Shown here: in pieces, positions 55,406 through 64,000 of the stretch
Position numbering within the stretch: position 1 is the first letter of the stretch
How the letters are laid out: every line of letters starts with the position of its first letter
Assembly: GCA_964304625.1 (NCBI GenBank)
Contig: OZ199838.1
Coordinates: 4,613,354-4,677,353 of the forward strand
Direction of reading: 5' to 3'
DNA: 64,000 nucleotides
From: Kudoa neothunni
Lineage: Eukaryota; Animalia; Cnidaria
Notes under the pieces: model-generated
What the model was told of the DNA's origin: nothing
What the model saw: the letters and a program-made list of their open reading frames with translations, nothing else
Databases searched by the model: none
Translations under genes and position numbers: made by a program

Positions 55406-56078
55406 CTAGCGCAAAAATCCCGCTTCGCTTGGGTTTCCTTGCCCGACCACGCTGACTTTGGCCTGAAATAGGCCAAGGTCATTTTATGTTGAGTCAATTA
55501 TAATTATTTTATCGTCCTTTCTATAACACTCTTGATCGAAATTGACATTAATAACAGATCATCTTCATTTTCTTCTTTATTGGACTCTATTTTAATTTAG
55601 GAATCAAGTTCTTACAATTCATGTGGCTTATTAATCTCTTATTTAAATAACAAATCTTCGTTTACACCGAAACCGCGCCGACGCACAGACGAATGTTGTT
55701 GACCTTGTTAACTTAGTTTAAAGTGTAAAAAAAGTAAAGTTAATGTTACAATTGTAGTTAAATAATATAAATTAAAGTTATATACGCACATTATTGAATA
55801 TTTTAGCGAATCACATTATCATGTAATCTTATTATTGTCATAGCTAATCTGTTTACAAAAAGTTTACATTACAAATTCACCACTTTATAAGAAGGCAGAC
55901 AACCCCGTTGTATTTTTGCAGTTAGTTTTGTATTTTTTAAAGTATAATAAGAAACTCAAATAGTCCAAAAAGTCTTTGTATAAGGAGAAGATCTGTGTGT
56001 ACACACACATACACATACACACACACGGACACTACTACTTTATATATTAGGAAGGATAGATAGAAGATAGATAGAAGA
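55406..56078 (-). mobile_element. Non-autonomous Helitron inside a (TA)n tract
   Basis: Minus strand reads TCTTCTATCTATC..ATATATAAA..GTCCGTGTGTG ... CCCAAGCGAAGCGGG..CTAG|T, with (TA)n on both flanks. Confidence 0.7.
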
Positions 56079-56770
56079 TATATATATATATATATATATG
56101 CATTAAACAAATCTGCCATCTAACTAAAGAACAATTATTTTTATCGCACGCTCATCAGAGGAAAAATAGGATTAAGTCGCAAGAAAATGCGAAAATCAGT
56201 TAATCTTCTTCTCACTCAAAATAAAATTTTACTAATTATTAATGATGTTTTTTTTATAATTTTGTAAAACAATATTTTGGGCCGAATTGCAAATATGCAT
56301 GCGGACTACTCATTGTTCCCTTTTTGGCATTTATTAATTTTTGAAATTTCTCGGTCTTAATTTCTTAATTGTAATTTCCAAAAAATCTAAAGTTATGATC
56401 CGTAATGGGTAAAACCTTCCCGGGATCACGCGAGGTATTTCGTGACTCCGTTTTCGGGGTACAAACTTCTGACTTTCATACTCCCAAACAAAAGCTATCC
56501 AATGCTGCCCATTTTCCTAAAAATACATAAAAATTTTACTTCTAAAACATCACTTTTCCAACATGCATACACTCAAGCAAAAGTTACCCAAAACTGTTTA
56601 TTGTCCTACAAACTTATAAACATTTTATTTTTATAATATCGTTTATGAATTTTACTTTGTTTTATAACAATAATTAATAAAAATAAATAAATAATTAATG
56701 ATTTCATTAAGAATAAAAGTTTACATATCAAAAAAATCATTCTAACCTTTAAATAATTGAAAAAGTTACA

Positions 56771-57553
56771 CCCTCCAAATTAAAACGGGATAGAAATCTA
56801 CTCCAAGCTTTTATTCCATAAAATTGTTTGAAATAAAATAAAATATTAAGCGATAAACCACGGGGAAGATTCATCCAGCGGGTTATGAATAAAGGTAGAT
56901 TATTAAGGTTGATCTCCTCGCGCACGCGCGAGGACATTTTATTATATTTCTTTGGAATATGATTGTATTTATAGGTTAATTTCTGTAGTTTTTTAAATTG
57001 AACGAATAATTTACTTACTTAGGGTTAATTTCTCCTATTTCGAACAACTAGAAGTAATATGGTGCAAAAAATCAAAATGCTAGCAAACAGCGATTATTTC
57101 GCAAAACTATGCCAACTGACAAAGAGTCATATACTTTGAATAATCAGTATAAAGATCGTCAGAATCTGAGGAGTTATCGCTGTGTTCAGGAGATGATGAC
57201 ATGCTTAAGAGACTGCGCAAGCGCGCATCAGAGTATAGTTTGAGGTTATTTATTCAATATTCATTAGATAGAAGTTTCTCTAATTAATGAAAATAATATA
57301 TATCAATATTTTAAATAATTTTATAAAAGAAAAACGTGGGGTAGATTTCTGCCCAAATTTTATTCCGAGGGTATTATCACGTTAACTTTTTTGCTACACG
57401 ATAAAACACACGTTCTGGTTGTTTTGCTGAAAGTCACCGTAAAGATAGAAGATGTTACAAAATGAGTAGTAATTATGTTCGATCAATACGCTATAATATT
57501 GGTCGTAACGATCACACGGGGTAGAAATCTACCTTATTTTGCTTAGAGGATTA
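56771..57553. mobile_element. piggyBac-like MITE (degenerate)
   Basis: CCCTCC..GGGATAGAAATCTACTCC at the left end and GGGGTAGAAATCTACC..AGAGGATTAA at the right end. Confidence 0.45.
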
Positions 57554-58569
57554 AACTAATAAAGAATCCCTAATTTTAATGTTGCAATCATATTAATGCA
57601 AAAGATTCTTATCGTTTTAGATGGAAATTGAGAGATTAAAATCAGACTTTATAATTGATTCAGCAGCTAAATATTTTCAGGAAAAGGGTTTTTATTTTTT
57701 GTATCTGATTAATAATATTTTATAACTTATATACTTATAAAAACATACATTAGTTCATGAATTATATCAGATTCGACACATTTTCCGGTTAGTAATCTAT
57801 AGCATGTGATGTATGGATTACTAATGCATGCCGTGAATTCTATTAAATAATGTAGATAAGGAGGTCTTGTTTTGCTATAAATGTTTTTAATAAATTACTG
57901 AATTATTTCCGTTGATTGAAAAGTGATTCAAACTAGATGCACTTAGAAACGTTAAATAAATTCCACATTAAACGTTACCTAGAGATTGGTTCATAGAATG
58001 ACCTTGACTTTATGGAAATAATTAGCACGTGCATGACTTATTTAACCATGTGTTCCAGTTAATATTATTCTCTTTGTTATAAATATGTAAGATTGTAAAA
58101 ATATAATAATATTTTAATGGGAAACGGATGGGATCTACACACTTAAGCTCAGCAAGCATGGTCATTCGAGGGTTAAACTACATTGTTAATACTCGAAAAA
58201 ATGAATCTCATTTTTTTCTATACATTGCATCAGTGGTTAGAAATTCTAATTTTCCATACGTCCTCTTAATTTTGATTTTCTGTCCTATTAACAACCTCCT
58301 GGGGCCTTTTATTGGGACATTGGTCATAAAGGAAACTTTAATTTGTAGACACAAAAATAAGAAACCCCCAAAGTCAGATTAAGTTTTAAGGTATTTTTAA
58401 ATATAGGTTTATTGTAAGTATTACTATGTAGCTCTAGTTTTGGCTACATTTAAGACAATTCCATGCCAAAGACCATTTCACTATGAGACCACGTTTTTAA
58501 GATGTTTGAAGTCCACAAAATACACCATAATTTTATTAATAACAATTAATAGTCGTTATTGAATTATAG

Positions 58570-58977
58570 TGTAATTTTCGACTGCACTACAAAATTATAA
58601 GACATACTTTGACGTTTATGGTTCTTTGTCTTAAAATAAATTCATTACAAATATGTCATCTTACTTTCTAGAACTTTGATATATCAAATTTCTCAACTTT
58701 TACCGAACGTATATCTCCTAAATTAATTCTTGGTTTTTGGCAATATAAACGATACTCCGGTGATAATTCAAAGGGTGGAATGATAAACACCAAAGCAAAA
58801 TACGAGGTGGAACTTTACATCACTCAATTGTCTATATATTGACATTATTTTTCCTCTTTCTTATGAAAAGTTGTGATTTTTATACGCATTTTTAGAATAA
58901 CAACCCACAATGTGGGGATCGGTGTATCGGAACCGATGGGCAGCCCCCGGACCCCGAATGGCTTAAGAACCTATATC
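58570..58977 (+). pseudogene. Possible cryptic multi-exon gene or pseudogene fragment
   Basis: Three segments (58570-58620, 58672-58806, 58896-~58977) are joined by phase-0 GT..TAG introns into one open frame. Neighbouring candidate exons do not fit cleanly. Confidence 0.35.
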
Positions 58978-61524
58978 GTACTCCATGTGTGTTGCCAGTT
59001 ACACTCGACTGGTTTGTTTCCTCTTTGTAGTATCCAGTTAATGTTGATTTAAAATCTTTTCACTAAACCAAGCATCCAATCTTTTGAGGATTGGAGTCCA
59101 AAGATTACGAATTGTTGAAAGGCTGAAAATCCACGGGCAGAAAAACAGTTAGATTAGGGTGTGGCAACATCATGAGCTGTTACCAGTTGGAACGAAGACA
59201 TTTCGCAATGAATCATTTATCTTTCCGTGATAAATCTACCCTGAATTAAACCTTCGAGTCTATAAATAAATAAGCTTATGAGAAAATAAAATAGACGTTC
59301 AAAATCGATCATGCGCTCACCACTACCGCAAAGAATAAGAAACCAGAATGCGGACAATGTTATGCTATAAAACATAAACTTCATAATACTAAATAGCGTT
59401 ATTATACTATTTATATATAAACACACGATTAATAACTGAATAACGCACATTGTCGTAGGATTCTAAGCTAACCCATGAATAATATTTTGCTTGGATGAAT
59501 ACCCTAAGATTCAGCTATAGGGTTTCACTGTTTACTCGAATTGTAGAACAGCAAAATTTTGAAAAATTTTATTTTTCAAACATTGGCAGCATTTGATCTC
59601 AGAAAGAATAATATAAGGTAATAGTATCAGGGTTTTATGTCGATTCAATTGGCCTAATGGTCGAAATCAATTTCTGTATAATAAACGACTTTTATCTCTA
59701 GATTCACTTGGTGTGGAATTTAATTTACTGAATATAACACAAGGTACGTATTTTTTTATCGGGTGGAATGGGCAATTAGTGTACAAAACAGTAATAAACC
59801 CCTCAAAATTTCCTCTCTCAGTATCCAGTAATGTAACCCAATGAAGACTATTACATAATATTTGTTACGTTGAGTTTGTAGATATGTATTTATCAACTAA
59901 TTAGGTTATAGTTAAAATAAAAACCATTATTTATTTAAGAGGTGTTAGAAGCAGTTGTTTACTGCTATCGTTTTAATTTGTTAATAGCCAAAACACATAA
60001 AGTTACAAACTACTAATGATCCTTAACTCTAGATGGAATTGCGGCTTCCGCATTTGAGGCATTAACAGCTCGCCTAGGGCACAAACAACCCATTAGGTTT
60101 TTGCTCAATTTATAGGGGTTCACATGTAATGAACTCACGTTAAATATGTTGGTAATTTGAGTACGAGACTTCGATGACAGTGTGCATCTTGAAGGGACGA
60201 GTCGGTTTCCTATACGCTGCTGTATCAAAGTCTCATTGTACCACCGCCGTGATTTCCCCATGTCAAATACTTAAAACTCTATGCAGGATGTTTCAACGTA
60301 AGTAGGACAAAGAATACGCCACAATTGTATGTTCCCAGAAAGATCAAACCAAAAATACCATGAAATTGGCAACAATCTAACTCAAAATCCTATGCATATT
60401 TCATTTCGGCATTATAGACCAACAGTAAATTTACGCGTCATTTTAATCAATCAATTATTATCTCCATAAATATATGTGTTTATCTGTTATTTTTTGTTAT
60501 GATATTAAAATTTTGGCTATACCCGTAGTAAGCCAGTTAATCGATTGTCGTCCGAACTACTGTGACCTACTACGATCAGAAATATATCAGCATAAAGAAC
60601 GTGGGTTTTATAACAATTATCTCTCCTTAAGCGCTTTTTATTACTTATAATCATTTTATTATCTCATTTAGTATTATTTAATTACTAACTAAGTACCTTT
60701 TATGAGGAGATTTAGGTTAGGATTATTGTTATTTTCGGATATTATAGATAATAATTGATCAATCAGGGCTTTATTGATTAAATATTGGTGGGATAATATA
60801 AATATTTGTTGGAAAAATTTGTTACAGCTAAAATAAATTTTAAAATTACAAATAATCAAATAATGGCTGCTTTGCTATTGAGATAACACATTGAAAGTAG
60901 ATGAATAATCTAATCGGATTTTAATTTTTATATTATGTAATATATTTCGTGATGTGATACTTTGTGAAAGATTTACTGAATTCGGTTGCATAACTGGCAT
61001 TTTTTGATACACGCGGCTTAATATTTACTTCTAAAAAATCCAATGTTGAATTTGGAGCGTCTACAGGATAGGCTTATTTTAATGGATACGTGGGGAGTTT
61101 GTGGCTGATGCCGCATTAACTATTGTGACCACACTAACTGTTGTGCCGGTAGTGTTTAGAAAAACTATAGTTAATATTTAGATCAAATTAATCAATATTG
61201 AATACAAATTGACAAACTTTGGTGTGTAATTTGCAAAATTTGATCGTTGCCGCCAATTGAATAAATTTTATTTTAAATCGATAACAAATCAAAGCTGAGG
61301 GAGTAGATGCTGATTCCACCTGATTTTTGCTTAAATTCCAAATCTTTTCTAATTGTGATAGTTATCACTTTATTATTATTGCTATTACCACTATTAGTAA
61401 GCTATTACCTATAATAAATATTAATACTATCTATTACTATTAGTGTGTTAAAATTATTGTTGAGTGGTAACGAAAATAATAGTTGCCTGGGCTATTAGAG
61501 TCATTTTATTTTGGTTTAGAAACG

Positions 61525-63603
61525 ATGGATACAGGTGAGAATAGTAGTTATTCAGATAACTCCGAAAAGATGTCAACAAATAATGCTCCAGGATGTCGTA
61601 AAGTTAAATCATCTTACGCAGAGATTGCTCCCTTGGACAAGCACGAGCATGTGGATGACAATGATGAGTCATCTTTGCATCATCAGCAATGCGCTAAACA
61701 GCCACAGCGTCCACATCTCAAGCATCAAAAAAGTCCCTCCGAATCCAGAGATGATACAGGTAATCAAATTACCAACCACAATTACAGTATTCTTCATCAC
61801 AAACTCAAAATTTTATTGATAGATCTTGATTACAATGCTTACAATGTTACTAACAAACCTGACGATTATCATAACTTTGATAGTAACATATTTACTGATT
61901 TATACTAATGGATTAGGCACTATTTATGTGTATATATTATTTCCACAGTAGATAAGAATGATTACGATATCTTCACTAACAACGACTTGGAGAAATCGAT
62001 AGCCACTGGCTCGAATCTTGCTAATTTGGATAAATCCTTACCTACCGATTCTATCGCTGTTGGTGCTGTTGAAGCTGATCCTAACAGCATGGAATTAAAA
62101 GGTGATGAAGATATAACCGACGATAACATCACCGAACCCACAGATTCATCTATAGTTTCGTGGTAGATTGGATTTTCATTGTTTTTCTATCCGCTTTTAT
62201 ATTATAATATCCAAGTGAGTATAAGAAACCGAAGTATTCCTATGCACAACTCATAATTCAAGCTATCCATTCTTTTCCCGGAGAACAAGCAACCCTATCC
62301 CAGATCTACGAATATATCACAAAAACCTATCCTTATTATCAAATGAAGAATAAAGGATGGCAGGTAACCAATTATCAAAGCATTGATCACTATTTTTGTA
62401 AAAACTTTTTCTATTATGGTAGAATTCTGTGAGACACAATCTCTCATTGAATTGTTATTTCATAAGAACTCCTGCCAGGTTACCGTCGCTAAATGAAGGC
62501 GCTCCACCATCTAAAGGAGGTTTTTGGAAATTAAACCCGCTCTACTCGAAAAAACTTGTTGAAGAAAGTTTCAATTTGAGAAGAAATCGTAAACTGCCAC
62601 CGTTGTATCTTCGAAAAAACGAGATTCCCTAGTATCTACTTGTTGAATCCAATGTGTTCTCTTCGAAATCTTTAAACACTTTCGTTTTTAGCTATTATTT
62701 GAACGAGAATGAAAAGTTTAAATATCCAAATGAGTTTGCCAACTATCGCCACTATGATAGTAACCTAAGTAATTTATTTTTCTTGGCCAATGATGATTTT
62801 TCCTCAATTATTTGAAATGTTTTGGTGTAGTTCCATCAACACGGAATAACCCTCATAGTATTGATAGTATTCTCAATCCTAAAAGTAAGTTTAATGATAA
62901 CAACTCTTGTTGTTGTGATAATAAGATATCACAATCTGCTGTAGGTCACTGTCCGCAATCAAACGAACATCCTCCATTCTTGGACAACTATGGAAGGCCA
63001 TATGTGCTTCCAAATGTTACAACCCCGGTTAGACGGAAACAACAGCACTATTACGAGCACAATGAATTTGCCATACCAACACAAAATACAATACGTCCAC
63101 CGGATCATTTTCAACCTCAATTTCGGTTTTCTTTTCCGCATCCTAACATGAGGGAAATGACGATGCTACGACCTTCAGAATCCCCTCTTCCATATGTTTA
63201 TGGTCATCAAGAAACAAATCCACCAATTCCAAACCTACCAACACCTCTGCCCAACCTAGCTAACATTGATGTCGGGCGTATGGATATACAACCAAATGTT
63301 GATACGACATCGTATATGGCACAACATCCGTCTCTACTGGATGTCTATAACTATCATCAACCAAACACCCAAGACAATCCTAATGTTATTCAACATCAAC
63401 CACAACATCATTCCTATTTCAATCAGAATCGACAAAACCCAGCTCCTAATCCTGAATATAATAATCGCCTAAGTTTTCCTTCAAGTTGTTATTTGGATTT
63501 TTTATCAGCTATTTACTCTTACGTCGTTAATTTAGGACCTGAAGATATTCTTAAAATGAAAAGGTACTCCTACTTTAGGAGCAAACCAAATTCTACTCCC
63601 TAA
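61525..63603 (+). CDS. Forkhead transcription factor, FoxK-like DNA-binding domain, at least 7 exons; 3' end uncertain
   Basis: KPKYSYAQLIIQAI...TLSQIY.YITK.YPYY...KGWQ|NSVRHNLSLN.YFI..P...KGGFW.L.P...KLVEESF..RR. Acidic N-terminus and Pro/Gln/Asn-rich C-terminus. Confidence 0.9.
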
Positions 63604-64000
63604 CCAAATTAATATACCTATTTTATTTAAATATGTTATAAAAATAATTGTATTTATTTGAATTATGCGAGGTTATCGTGTTGCTTTATTGTGGACCTCT
63701 CAACAAAGCCATTATTTTGGTTACAACAACTCTTGTTTTTTGTTTGATTCTGCACATTATTCTAATGAATGATCAACGTAGATTAATAAACTTAAAGAAT
63801 TTTCTTCTATTAACAACCCCTTGAGTTATCCTGACTAACCTTCAATGAACGTGAAGTTGAAAACCCCCCAAATTTGTTGTTACGTAATATTATATGCGCT
63901 TTACTGTTGTTAACAAACTGCATACTCATTATATTTCTTACGTTTCGAAACTTTTATGTACATACCTTAGAGTTGTATCTATTTTAGATGTACATTCCAG

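Noticed and set aside
59115-59520. Possible RNase P RNA P4 pairing (GAAAGGCTGAA ... TTCAGCTA)
   Set aside because: No P1 helix or other conserved regions found, and the match is short enough to be chance.

Overview
AT-rich eukaryotic genomic DNA in the standard genetic code, almost certainly from an animal with a compacted, fast-evolving genome. A parasite such as a myxozoan cnidarian or an orthonectid is plausible but is only inference. The ORF track is largely uninformative because genes are split by mini-introns, mostly 38-65 nt. Manual splicing recovers ten host genes: DHFR (6 exons), a double-CAP/GAPR-1-like protein, UTP18, an EF-hand protein, a divergent NDUFB9-like LYR protein, an orphan ORF, CWC15, an intronless PTS, MRPS33 and a FoxK-like forkhead gene with no visible FHA domain. 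They sit in small dense islands within a nested transposon landscape: a young 4.2-kb Ty3/Gypsy element with ~118-bp LTRs inside a Merlin DNA transposon, a MULE with a 9-bp TSD, an inverted near-identical Tigger/pogo pair around MRPS33, piggyBac and hAT relics and MITEs, non-autonomous Helitrons and two tRNA-headed SINEs sharing a structured tail. I found no CRISPR array, rRNA or intact tRNA, and no clearly new multi-gene system. The most interesting signals are the near-exclusive TAG 3' splice sites with degenerate donors, a GC-rich motif 3-27 nt upstream of housekeeping start codons, the minimal LTR retrotransposon and the FoxK architecture. All gene models and counts were made by eye.
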